A DNA stretch of 64,000 nt from a virus (IMGVR_UViG_3300042010_000129:64001-128000); one strand, 5' to 3'; shown: positions 49,847 to 58,377, counted from the stretch's first letter. Translations and numbers: made by a program. The notes: generated from the letters alone by a model not told the origin.

Positions 49847-50608
49847 ATGCGTTTTATTCTCGCCACCGTAATTTATCTATATAGTTCGATGCTTTGGTGC
49901 CAAGAACTGTACGTGCAATCTCAGACTATCACCGACCTTTACGGCTCAGTTTTTCTCGATAAACGAGACGCAAAAAACGTGATATTTCTGGAGCGGCAAG
50001 CGAAACCTTCCGAGGTCAAACATGCCGTAACGCAATACGCCTTGGTTCACAAGTTCGACAAGATAGTGGTACTCGGACAAAAGCAGGATTTGGAAGGCGA
50101 ATACTTTCCGATCCTGACGCAATTCGAAGTGCCAGCAATCCTAACCGGATCGCCAGTCTATCTGCTGCAAGGGACGGGCCGTCTCGCGCAAGACAGAAAG
50201 AAAATGTTTGAGAGTTTGAAGCCCGAAGAGTTCGAAGTCAAAACTGATTACGACCTACGGAAAGCACTTGTCGCCATCCAGAAAAAGCCGAAAGGTTTTA
50301 TCGTGATCAACGTATTCTCGATGGCGGATTCGTGGGGCGACAAACGCAACTATCAGACAATTGAAGAAACTGTAATTCTGCACAGGACTGGTCACGTTGA
50401 GGTCGGTGTGTGTTACGCCGGATTTAAAACGGCGCTTGCGGTTGGCCCTACAGCCGATCCCATAGACGTAAAAACGGTCTTGGCCTCCGGTAAATCCGGA
50501 AGCTTGTGTGCAAACCTTGACCGTCTGCGTCTACTGGATAGATTGGATCTATATTCGCAGTCGGCAGGGAAATTCTACCGTGTCAATTCTCACGCGTTCG
50601 ACGATTAG
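49847..50608 (+). CDS. Predicted exported protein (253 aa), possibly a periplasmic binding-protein-like fold
   Basis: MRFILATVIYLYSSMLWC signal-peptide-like start; alternating alpha/beta pattern; SD GAGGGG. Confidence 0.55.
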   Translation: MRFILATVIYLYSSMLWCQELYVQSQTITDLYGSVFLDKRDAKNVIFLERQAKPSEVKHAVTQYALVHKFDKIVVLGQKQDLEGEYFPILTQFEVPAILTGSPVYLLQGTGRLAQDRKKMFESLKPEEFEVKTDYDLRKALVAIQKKPKGFIVINVFSMADSWGDKRNYQTIEETVILHRTGHVEVGVCYAGFKTALAVGPTADPIDVKTVLASGKSGSLCANLDRLRLLDRLDLYSQSAGKFYRVNSHAFDD

Positions 50609-50864
50609 CAAAGTAATAATCTTGAGCATCGTGGTCGTAATGGTTTGGTCACTGGCTTCATTCAATTGGAACCGACCAAACAAACCCACGGTGCGAGAGA
50701 GTTACGAATGCATTGTAAAAATATGCAGTGATCTTCCGGGGGCTGGGGACGCTTGCTTGGTGCAAAAACCGAAAATAACTAAAATAATAATCAGCGAATT
50801 TGAAGGCGCTGTGACGGTGCAATTCACCCCAACCACAGATAGGTGCGCCGATGGGAGCGATTGA
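50580..50864 (+). CDS. Small membrane-anchored protein with four periplasmic Cys (94 aa; GTG start inferred)
   Basis: VIILSIVVVMVWSLASF hydrophobic segment, then C..C..C..C; AGGGA upstream of the GTG. Confidence 0.5.
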   Translation: MSILTRSTISKVIILSIVVVMVWSLASFNWNRPNKPTVRESYECIVKICSDLPGAGDACLVQKPKITKIIISEFEGAVTVQFTPTTDRCADGSD

Positions 50865-51333
50865 CGTTCTTTACTCCAGTCCGATCCCGGTATCATTGGC
50901 GATTGGATTCAATCTGATATTGCTGGCTGTCGGCTGGTTGTTTGTTCTGCCTTTGCATGAGGAAGTAAAATCCCTTCGTAAGCGGGCTGAAAATTTCGAC
51001 AACAGCTACATTCAGAGTGTTGATGCAATTAAAAAAATGCAGGACGATTTGGACGAAATTCTTGGTGTGGTAAAACACCCGGACACACAGGCCTTAACGT
51101 CTTTGGCAGTTGTTTGCGATGCTTTAATGTCACAGGTAAATGACATTCGCAACAATTTAGGTAAGGAAGACCCGAGGGAACGTGCCGAGCTTTTGAATTT
51201 GCTTGAATCTCTTGAACGTAATTCGGAACGCATTCTGCGCACGGTTTCTGATGTAAGCGATAAACAAAGTCAAGTTACGGGCTTAATGCTCGGATTAGGC
51301 ATGCAGCGCGGCAACCCGCCTCGCGGCGTTTGA
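50851..51333 (+). CDS. Membrane protein: N-terminal TM plus coiled coil (160 aa)
   Basis: LAIGFNLILLAVGWLFVLPL TM followed by heptads. Confidence 0.7.
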   Translation: MGAIDVLYSSPIPVSLAIGFNLILLAVGWLFVLPLHEEVKSLRKRAENFDNSYIQSVDAIKKMQDDLDEILGVVKHPDTQALTSLAVVCDALMSQVNDIRNNLGKEDPRERAELLNLLESLERNSERILRTVSDVSDKQSQVTGLMLGLGMQRGNPPRGV

Positions 51334-51340
51334 GGCTCAT

Positions 51341-52132
51341 ATGGCACCTTTCACTCCTAACAATATCCGTTTTCGTTCTGTCGCCGCATACACTCTTGAG
51401 CATTTCTATAGCACGAAAGCCTACATGCTCGACGTGGTGATTAACGAGCAAAACCAATTCAGCGAAGCAGCGAAAGAAACGCTGCTTTTGCTTTTCAATT
51501 CGTACAGCAAGTGGGCCACGGATATCGAACAGATATTCCTGAACCGCCCGACGCTGACACGACAAGAAATTGAAGCGACCTTGGACGCCGAAGCAGAATT
51601 ACAGGCACGCCACCGTCAAATCTTCGAAGAAAATACGCATTTGTTTTTGCCGAAGTTCATCGAGATTTGGTACAGCGTAAACGCCCACACTCGCAAAGCT
51701 TTCCACACGCTCATTCGCAGCGCAGAAGGACAATCGCATCTTGAGGCCTACCCCATTATCATGGCGGCACTCGGATCGAATCTGCAAAACTGCATGTACG
51801 AACTTTACGAAATTGATTGTTTGCTCGGCGGCGATTTTGTTGAAGACCGTTGCAGTACCAACCGTTCGAATAGCAACCGAATGGTGATTTATGTGGACAA
51901 TTTCGCCCTAGATTATTTTTACAAAACGGGCGTGTTTATGTGTGAAGAAAGGATTCGATACTACAATACAATTGCATGTCGTCGATTACCAACCCTCGTA
52001 AAAAATCATTCCACCTGTAACCTCAGTTACTCCGGTGTAATCGAAGGGGACGAACCGCTGGCAACCCTTTTGAAGCGGTGTGCAGAATACGTCGATATTA
52101 TTGATGTAGAGACGCCGCGAAATCCAGCATAA
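51341..52132 (+). CDS. Hypothetical cytoplasmic protein (263 aa)
   Basis: SD GAGG; long ORF with no recognisable motif. Confidence 0.7.
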   Translation: MAPFTPNNIRFRSVAAYTLEHFYSTKAYMLDVVINEQNQFSEAAKETLLLLFNSYSKWATDIEQIFLNRPTLTRQEIEATLDAEAELQARHRQIFEENTHLFLPKFIEIWYSVNAHTRKAFHTLIRSAEGQSHLEAYPIIMAALGSNLQNCMYELYEIDCLLGGDFVEDRCSTNRSNSNRMVIYVDNFALDYFYKTGVFMCEERIRYYNTIACRRLPTLVKNHSTCNLSYSGVIEGDEPLATLLKRCAEYVDIIDVETPRNPA

Positions 52133-52149
52133 GGAAAGAGGATTTTAAA

Positions 52150-53199
52150 ATGGCTGCAAATATCAATGGTAGCTTGCGCGTAGCCGGTCAGGTTCTGAAC
52201 CTGAAACCGGAAAACCTCGCCGCTGACCCAACGGGTGGCGGTCTGGTTGAATCGCGTCTTTGGTACAACACTGTTTCGAAAGCATTCAAGTTTTACAACG
52301 GCACGGGCGTCGTTGATTTGTCTGCTGGCGGTATTTCGCAAGAAGACCTCGAAACCGCCCTTCTGCCGTATGCAGAAACCACCGATGTAAACACTGCAAT
52401 TTCGACCGCCGTTGCCGATTTGGTAAATGGCACCGAAATGCAGAGCGCAATCGACAACGCACTGGCTGGTCTGGATTTCCAAGAAGATATTCTTGGTTTT
52501 GAAACCGATTTTGCTGGCGTTGCCGGTCGTTACATTCTGGTCGATGGCCTGTCTGGCATTACTCCGACCGTGGGTAACGCAAACGATATCGTCGAAGTAA
52601 CCGCAGGCGGTGAAGCCACCGTGCTTGCTTACGACGTTTCGGTTGCTGGCCCCGGCGCTCTGGTTTGGAATCGTGCAGCAGCCAACGGCGGCGCATGGTA
52701 TCGCTGGAACGGCACCAACTGGGCCGTGTTCGGTGGTCTGTCGGGCTTCACCGCTGGCAACGGTTTGGAAGATGTGGAAGGCACCGTTTCGGTTAAAGCT
52801 TCCAACGCTTCTATCGTGGTCGCTGCTGGTGGTATTTCGGTTGGTGATTTGTCGGCCACTTATGTGACCCCGGCTGCGCAAACTACTGCGATTTCCACCG
52901 CGCTTGCGGATTACGCAACCGATACCGAATTGACCGCCGTTGCTGACGACGTGACCGCTTTGGAAACTCAATTGGGCGCCAGTTTCTTTGCGTTCGATTC
53001 GGGAGCCACTTCGGCCACCACTCACACCATCACTCACAACCTGAATTTCCGTTGGCCGATTGTTCAGCTTGTTGATCCGACCACCAATCAGATCATCACC
53101 GCTGACAGTGTGGAATTCACCACTGTGAACGAACTGGTTGTAACCTTGAGCGTGGCCGCGACTCTGCGCGCTTCGATCAGCTGGGTGAAAACTGCGTAA
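52150..53199 (+). CDS. Abundant fibre/whisker-like virion protein (349 aa)
   Basis: ESRLWYNT..FKFYNG fibre module, Y-A-T..TAI..AL helical repeats, THTITHNL..PIVQLVD C-terminal fibre domain; strongly biased codons. Confidence 0.65.
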   Translation: MAANINGSLRVAGQVLNLKPENLAADPTGGGLVESRLWYNTVSKAFKFYNGTGVVDLSAGGISQEDLETALLPYAETTDVNTAISTAVADLVNGTEMQSAIDNALAGLDFQEDILGFETDFAGVAGRYILVDGLSGITPTVGNANDIVEVTAGGEATVLAYDVSVAGPGALVWNRAAANGGAWYRWNGTNWAVFGGLSGFTAGNGLEDVEGTVSVKASNASIVVAAGGISVGDLSATYVTPAAQTTAISTALADYATDTELTAVADDVTALETQLGASFFAFDSGATSATTHTITHNLNFRWPIVQLVDPTTNQIITADSVEFTTVNELVVTLSVAATLRASISWVKTA

Positions 53200-53220
53200 T
53201 GCAATTGCTGTAAACTGATC

Positions 53221-53250
53221 GGGGGCCATGTGCCCCCTTTCTTTTCTTTT
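53221..53250 (+). terminator. Intrinsic terminator
   Basis: GGGGGC-CATGT-GCCCCC-TTTCTTTTCTTTT. Confidence 0.8.
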
Positions 53251-53269
53251 GTTTCGGGGGAGGTTTTTT

Positions 53270-53440
53270 ATGCTGGTCTGGATTGATGCAAAACCTGTGA
53301 AAAATGAAGCGATGAAACGCAAAATGAAACGCCTGACAAAACGGAAAGTTCTGAACCGTCAAGACACCATCGACGACGAAGGTCTGACTGCTGGTCAGGG
53401 ACGCGGGCCGGAAACTCCATTCAATAAACAGGGACTGTAA
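53270..53440 (+). CDS. Small basic hypothetical protein (56 aa)
   Basis: SD GGGGAGG before the ATG at 53270. Confidence 0.6.
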   Translation: MLVWIDAKPVKNEAMKRKMKRLTKRKVLNRQDTIDDEGLTAGQGRGPETPFNKQGL

Positions 53441-53441
53441 A

Positions 53442-53705
53442 ATGGAAACAATCAAAAAATACGGGGGTTATTTTCTGGCGGGGATCATCTTCGTGCTGTC
53501 GATTGCAGCCGTAGTTTTTCAACGCAAAGAGAAACCACAACCCGAGGCCGACACTTTCAAAGGCGACCGACTGGAAGACAAGGTGCAAGTTGCACCGATT
53601 CAGGAAGCGCACGAACACATAACAGAAGTCCTGAAGCCCGTTCCAAAGACGGAATCCAAGGACATGGCGAGCGCGATTGACGCGTGGAAAAAAGCAGGAG
53701 ATTAG
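53442..53705 (+). CDS. Single-pass membrane protein, inner-membrane spanin-like (87 aa)
   Basis: KK then FLAGIIFVLSIAAVVF TM, hydrophilic C-domain; sits in the lysis cassette. Confidence 0.5.
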   Translation: METIKKYGGYFLAGIIFVLSIAAVVFQRKEKPQPEADTFKGDRLEDKVQVAPIQEAHEHITEVLKPVPKTESKDMASAIDAWKKAGD

Positions 53706-53708
53706 ATC

Positions 53709-54215
53709 GTGGAATTTCTCGTTAAGAGCATCGAAAAGATGATTGAAATTCCGTTGGAAGATGCAGGCGGATTTTTCTTCTGCACACTGGCGGGTGTGAT
53801 TGTTAACTGGATTTGGAAATGCAAACGCGAAGGGATCAAGCTCAGTTCGTACTGGCTTGACGATTTGAAGGGAACCGTTCTGGTTTTTGCTGGCGCATTC
53901 GCAGCATTTCTCACGACCGTGATTCTCGAACCGGGTGTTGGCAAAGCAACCTATTTCGCAATCGGTATTGCTGCTGATTCGATGATTGGTAAACCACCAC
54001 TTCCCCTTGATGTGCGCGTGGCCCTCACGAAAATGAAGGACGCACAAAATGAAATGGCTAATTCTGGCGGCATTATTGTTCCTCCCGGCGTGTTCAAGCC
54101 AGACCCAACTGCCGCCGCAGTCGAACATGCAATTGAAAAAGTTGGACAGAATTACGTTGCAGGCGTCACTACCGGAAAGGCCGACGCCGCTGTCGATCCA
54201 GTCCAACGGAGTTGA
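53709..54215 (+). CDS. Putative holin (three hydrophobic segments)
   Basis: GFFFCTLAGVIVNWIW, TVLVFAGAFAAFLTTVIL and YFAIGIAADSMIG; SD GGAG before the GTG; next to the endolysin. Confidence 0.6.
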   Translation: MEFLVKSIEKMIEIPLEDAGGFFFCTLAGVIVNWIWKCKREGIKLSSYWLDDLKGTVLVFAGAFAAFLTTVILEPGVGKATYFAIGIAADSMIGKPPLPLDVRVALTKMKDAQNEMANSGGIIVPPGVFKPDPTAAAVEHAIEKVGQNYVAGVTTGKADAAVDPVQRS

Positions 54216-54495
54216 ATACGCGGGCTTCACTCTGACGCAATTGGATCAGTTGAGCGATTACGCAAAACAATCCAAGAAAAATACCGACGGATTAAATCTT
54301 TTGGCTGGCGCGCATAACCAGACAATTGATCAATATAATTTGATGGTAGATATTGCGAAACAGCAGGAGGCCCGCGCCAACGAGAACTACGCTCGCTACG
54401 TGCAGGAATTTGACGACCACCAAAACGATAAGCGCTGGTGGTCTGTTGAGAAGATTTTTTGGCAGGCGATAGCAATTATCGGCCTAGCACTTTAA
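54049..54495 (+). CDS. Outer-membrane lipoprotein spanin candidate with a C-terminal hydrophobic tail
   Basis: Lipobox LPA-C15 with Ser at +2; helical periplasmic region; ends IFWQAIAIIGLAL; SD AAGGA. Confidence 0.7.
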   Translation: MKWLILAALLFLPACSSQTQLPPQSNMQLKKLDRITLQASLPERPTPLSIQSNGVEYAGFTLTQLDQLSDYAKQSKKNTDGLNLLAGAHNQTIDQYNLMVDIAKQQEARANENYARYVQEFDDHQNDKRWWSVEKIFWQAIAIIGLAL

Positions 54496-54508
54496 ACCGG
54501 GGACGATT

Positions 54509-54952
54509 ATGCGTATCAGCGAAAACTACACCGACCTTGATGTTGGGTTCGATCTTGTGGCGGTAAAAAACAGGATCAACAACACGCCGCCAATTGAGGC
54601 GCTGCGTGCTGCTGAAAAGGTTGCGGAAAACATTCTTGAACCACTGCGAAAAGAATTCGATTTTCGCATCGTGAGTTGGTACAGGAGTCCGGTGCTGGAA
54701 CGTGAGTATTGCAAGGCCAGTTATTACGATTGGTTGCGTGCGAATGGTCTGCCGTTCAACGAAACGAATTGGGTCAAGTACCTCAACGAAAAACAGCATG
54801 TGTTGGGCGTTGCTGTGTCGCTGATTTCCAACGATGCACAAGCGATCTTCGACCACCTGCAAAACCAAACGTTTGACCTGCTGCAAATGCGCGACGGATA
54901 CATTCACGTTTCGTATGTAGAAAATGCCAACCGCAAAATGGTTCTGGCCTAA
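54509..54952 (+). CDS. Peptidase M15A-like endolysin (atypical Zn site)
   Basis: ILEPLR..IVSWYRSP..QH..G.A..YIHVSY pattern of the Peptidase_M15_3 family. Confidence 0.7.
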   Translation: MRISENYTDLDVGFDLVAVKNRINNTPPIEALRAAEKVAENILEPLRKEFDFRIVSWYRSPVLEREYCKASYYDWLRANGLPFNETNWVKYLNEKQHVLGVAVSLISNDAQAIFDHLQNQTFDLLQMRDGYIHVSYVENANRKMVLA

Positions 54953-54982
54953 TAAAACTTCCCGCATAAGAGGAATCACAAA

Positions 54983-55423
54983 ATGTCCATGTTTGAAATG
55001 ACCGTTCCAAAACGCACGCTGTTTTTCATGGGGCCTCAACGCGCAGGTAAAACATTGGCAATGCAGCAACTGGTGAAAATGAGCGCGGAACTGCGCCAAC
55101 GCATCCTGTTGGTGGGCGAGCCGAACAACCTGCATGCGTTCATGTCGGACGCTGACCTGTACCAGTCCGGGGCACACATCGACCACCTGCCCATGGTGCC
55201 GCGTGAGGCGACCGCGCAGCACCTCCGCGCATCGGACTATGACCTTGTGGCGTTCGTCGGCTCCACGGTGTTTGTAGAGCCGGGCAAGGTGCTTATGTAC
55301 GGCGAGCCACCGGCTGGCATCGTGGCGTTCTTCGGGCGCCTGTGTGAGCCTACCGCCATGGTGCCGCGTGTGTTCTTTGAGACGCATTACAACGGCCACG
55401 ACCGCGCTGTTGCAGTCGGTTAA
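54983..55423 (+). CDS. P-loop protein (146 aa) with a compositionally foreign 3' part
   Basis: FFMGPQRAGKT Walker A-like motif; SD AGAGGA; GC and codon shift after ~55100. Confidence 0.6.
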   Translation: MSMFEMTVPKRTLFFMGPQRAGKTLAMQQLVKMSAELRQRILLVGEPNNLHAFMSDADLYQSGAHIDHLPMVPREATAQHLRASDYDLVAFVGSTVFVEPGKVLMYGEPPAGIVAFFGRLCEPTAMVPRVFFETHYNGHDRAVAVG

Positions 55424-55431
55424 TTTGAAGC

Positions 55432-55473
55432 AAAAAAAGCCCCCGAATCCAATTAAGGAAACGGGGGCTTTTT
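55432..55473. terminator. Bidirectional terminator between convergent blocks (copy 2 of the repeated element)
   Basis: AAAAAAAGCCCCCG-AATCCAATTAAGGAAA-CGGGGGCTTTTT. Confidence 0.85.
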
Positions 55474-55484
55474 CGTTTGGGCCT

Positions 55485-56063
55485 TTAATCAACCCACTTT
55501 CTGCACAGCCAATCAAACAGCGATTGCGTGCTGTGACGATGCGTGATCATGTACGTTTTCAGCTTGTCGATGTTGAAGCCGGTTTGCTGAATCATGTTGG
55601 CGACGACTGTGATATTGCCCGCCATGAGTTGGCTGTAAAAACGTTCGTCGATATCTTCGCTGGTGCCTTCGCCGGGCAACATGAACTGCTGCTGTTTGGT
55701 CAGTGGCGACATAATCACGCCACGATGAATTGCCTTGAGCAAAGTCATGTAGAAGCGATCAAGTTTTCCGAACATCATTTGGTCAATATCGGAATAGAAA
55801 TACGATGGATAAAAATCCACCGGTTCCATTGCGTCAATCTTTTTGATGTACGGGGCGATGCGCACCGATGGCAGAACGTGGCCGTAATATTCAACGTCAC
55901 CGCTTTTGCCATCCTGACCGACATGGATGCGGGCGAATGGTTCACCGACGCAGGCGTGCGTATAACGCGGCGACCCTTCTTCGGTATGGCTCGGATACAG
56001 TTGCAAAATTCCGTCTTCTTTCAGCAATCGGTTTAATTGCTCTTTAGATAAAATCAAGGCCAC
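55485..56063 (-). CDS. Hypothetical protein (192 aa)
   Basis: SD GGAGG upstream; ends next to the terminator. Confidence 0.7.
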   Translation of the reverse strand: MALILSKEQLNRLLKEDGILQLYPSHTEEGSPRYTHACVGEPFARIHVGQDGKSGDVEYYGHVLPSVRIAPYIKKIDAMEPVDFYPSYFYSDIDQMMFGKLDRFYMTLLKAIHRGVIMSPLTKQQQFMLPGEGTSEDIDERFYSQLMAGNITVVANMIQQTGFNIDKLKTYMITHRHSTQSLFDWLCRKWVD

Positions 56064-56364
56064 TTTTTGACACCTCCTTGGGTTTCACTTTCTTGATAAT
56101 GCGCCGCTTGCGCAATTCCTTCAGAACCGATTCGCGGTCAGGCATCACGATTTCTATCAACATGAAATCCTGCATTTTCTCAGGAATGTAGATCGAAGAC
56201 ATTGCGCCTTCTCGCCTTGTAAATTTCACGCCAGATTCCGACAGGGTTTCCGACGCCAGCACCGTGAAAGGTTCGTCAACCAAATCGTCTTCCTTCGACA
56301 CAACCCAGTAATGTTTGCCGGGCTGGCCTTCACGCGGAAATAACAGATTTAATTTCTGGCTCAT
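56044..56364 (-). CDS. Hypothetical protein (106 aa)
   Basis: ATGA coupling to the upstream gene. Confidence 0.65.
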   Translation of the reverse strand: MSQKLNLLFPREGQPGKHYWVVSKEDDLVDEPFTVLASETLSESGVKFTRREGAMSSIYIPEKMQDFMLIEIVMPDRESVLKELRKRRIIKKVKPKEVSKSGLDFI

Positions 56365-56618
56365 ACCAGCCTCAAGCCGATTTTCTCGGCGCTGATTACC
56401 ACCAATGGAACCGGGCAGTTTTCTTGATCGTCGTAGTCTTCGAACACTGGTCGATAGCCGAAATTCTTCACCGACTTTTCATAGACTTCGCGATAACCAT
56501 CACGAACAATCCAAGGGCCTTGCCCGCCCGCTACCAGATCGGCCCAAACCATACCGAGTTCGAAACCGATACGCATTTCCAGCGTCATGTCTTCGAGTTG
56601 ACCGAACGGATCTTCCAT
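56361..56618 (-). CDS. Hypothetical protein (85 aa)
   Basis: Packed between - strand neighbours. Confidence 0.65.
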   Translation of the reverse strand: MEDPFGQLEDMTLEMRIGFELGMVWADLVAGGQGPWIVRDGYREVYEKSVKNFGYRPVFEDYDDQENCPVPLVVISAEKIGLRLV

Positions 56619-56619
56619 A

Positions 56620-57429
56620 TCAGTCGTCGCTCAGGGTTGTCATCAGTGCTTTGAACGCACGGAATTTTTCCAGCGCTTTGTTTTCGTGATCGCGAAGTTC
56701 TTCGACTTCGAGCATCGACGTTTCCAGCTTGTCGCGTAGGGTGTTCATGCGTGCGCCGAATTCTTCCGTCAGCTTGTTCATGCGCGAACCGAATTCATCG
56801 TTGAGGGTATCCATTTCCAGCGAAAGGCTGCTGACAACTTCGAGCGCCAAGTCGGCGGCGGATTGTTGGGCAGGTACGGTTTTGGCGATGGCATTCATTT
56901 CAACGGTTTCCTTAACAACGGTTTCTGGTTTGATTTGTGCTGCTTTTGTAGATTTTTCCGCGACGGCTTTTTCTACGGCTTCCACACTCACCGGACGGCC
57001 CATAGCGGAGTCACGCAGAATGCTCATGGATTCATCACTGATTCCGGCAATGCTTTCTGCAATTTCCAAAACGGGCTTCGGTGGCACATACGGCACTGCG
57101 ATTTTACGCAAAGCTTTCGCGTCCATGAAATCGCCAAGCTTCGGCGGCGTCACGATATCGGAAACAGCTTCACGCAATTCGCGAATTTTCACAGCCTCGC
57201 GCTGGAAACAATCACGCTTCACTTCTTTGATCAGGCCGCGATCTTTTAGACCGCCAAGCGCGGCACGTACCCGCTTGTGTTCGGCGCCAGATTTCCCCGC
57301 CGTTTGCATTTGGCGGTTGATTTGTTCTGCTGACCAGACTTCTTGTATCGGTACAAATTCGAACAGCTTCGCTTCGAGGCTGTTGCATCCTGCCAATAAC
57401 TGCTGCTGCCTTGCTTCAGAAATCGCCAT
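56620..57429 (-). CDS. Winged-helix-like N-domain plus C-terminal coiled coil (269 aa; start at MAISEARQ)
   Basis: LFEFVPIQEVWS..VRAALGGLKDRGLIKEV wHTH-like pattern; heptad C-terminus. Confidence 0.65.
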   Translation of the reverse strand: MAISEARQQQLLAGCNSLEAKLFEFVPIQEVWSAEQINRQMQTAGKSGAEHKRVRAALGGLKDRGLIKEVKRDCFQREAVKIRELREAVSDIVTPPKLGDFMDAKALRKIAVPYVPPKPVLEIAESIAGISDESMSILRDSAMGRPVSVEAVEKAVAEKSTKAAQIKPETVVKETVEMNAIAKTVPAQQSAADLALEVVSSLSLEMDTLNDEFGSRMNKLTEEFGARMNTLRDKLETSMLEVEELRDHENKALEKFRAFKALMTTLSDD

Positions 57430-57433
57430 ACTT

Positions 57434-58102
57434 TTATTCGTCTTCTGTCCGGTTGTAGGTCGGTAGCCACTCACATTCGTTTTGTGGTACATCCATGATG
57501 AACGCGTAGAAAGCACGCGAAGGGGGAACGCCCAAGCGGATATATTCGATCAACCCGCCCGGCCATTTCCAGCCCTTGTACTTGTATTCACAGTTTCCGC
57601 GATTCTCGCCAGTGATGCGGCAAATGCTGAAACCACGATAGCGCGCTTCGTCTGCCACGTCTTCAATGTCGGCCAATTTATTGATGAAGTGTTGCACATC
57701 AAATTCAGGAATTTGCCAGATGTACGGCCACGGCAATTCGGCGTCTTGGCGGTCGAGAAATGCGGCGGTGTGACGACCGGGGCCTACGTGTTCAACCATC
57801 AGTTCCCGTTGGCGCCAGTAGCCCTCGACGTGGAAAGGAAAACGCGAATCGCCGTTGTTGCGTTGGTGATTCAAAAAGCCTTCCTGATATTGGCTAGGCA
57901 CAGGCAGCTTTGGCGGTTCAGCCTTCACGAATTTATAACCGGCATGTTCTTCGGAACTGAACACGAATTCATCGTCGATTCCGATGTAGGTGAAAACACC
58001 GTTGACCGCGACGTTGATGATTTCGATATCGCCGTTGGGCAGGTAAACCCAGTACAGGCCCTTATCTTTAATTTCCCACCAATCCAAAACTTTCATTGTC
58101 AC
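57434..58102 (-). CDS. Hypothetical protein of the W-x-x-[IL]-x3-G-x-Y-W N-domain family (222 aa)
   Basis: LDWWEIKDKGLYW..KFVKAEPPKLP. Confidence 0.7.
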   Translation of the reverse strand: MTMKVLDWWEIKDKGLYWVYLPNGDIEIINVAVNGVFTYIGIDDEFVFSSEEHAGYKFVKAEPPKLPVPSQYQEGFLNHQRNNGDSRFPFHVEGYWRQRELMVEHVGPGRHTAAFLDRQDAELPWPYIWQIPEFDVQHFINKLADIEDVADEARYRGFSICRITGENRGNCEYKYKGWKWPGGLIEYIRLGVPPSRAFYAFIMDVPQNECEWLPTYNRTEDE

Positions 58103-58377
58103 TACCCTGAAAAATATTCGAGTTCTTTCGGAAGCTGCGGCGGCAAATCAATCGCCACAAACACGTGGGTATTTTCGCGGAAACGCCAAAGCACTGAGTC
58201 ATTCATTTGCACGCAGGTGTATACGGATTCTTCGCCTTTGTGTTTCATGCGAATTTCGATGATGTTCCGATCATCCGGATCAGCACGGTCAATCATCCAG
58301 TACGAAACGCCAACCTCAAGCTGGCGCCAGTCCGTGATAAATTTCGTGAGCAAACGACCTTCGTAGGGTTCGCTCAT
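58102..58377 (-). CDS. Hypothetical protein, stand-alone copy of the same N-domain (91 aa)
   Basis: TDWRQLEVGVSYW..VFVAIDLPPQLP. Confidence 0.7.
   Translation of the reverse strand: MSEPYEGRLLTKFITDWRQLEVGVSYWMIDRADPDDRNIIEIRMKHKGEESVYTCVQMNDSVLWRFRENTHVFVAIDLPPQLPKELEYFSG

Noticed and set aside
51341-52132. IYVDNF motif suggesting a degenerate EAL phosphodiesterase
   Set aside because: No EAL/ExL motif or other conserved EAL loops were found; a single short match is insufficient.
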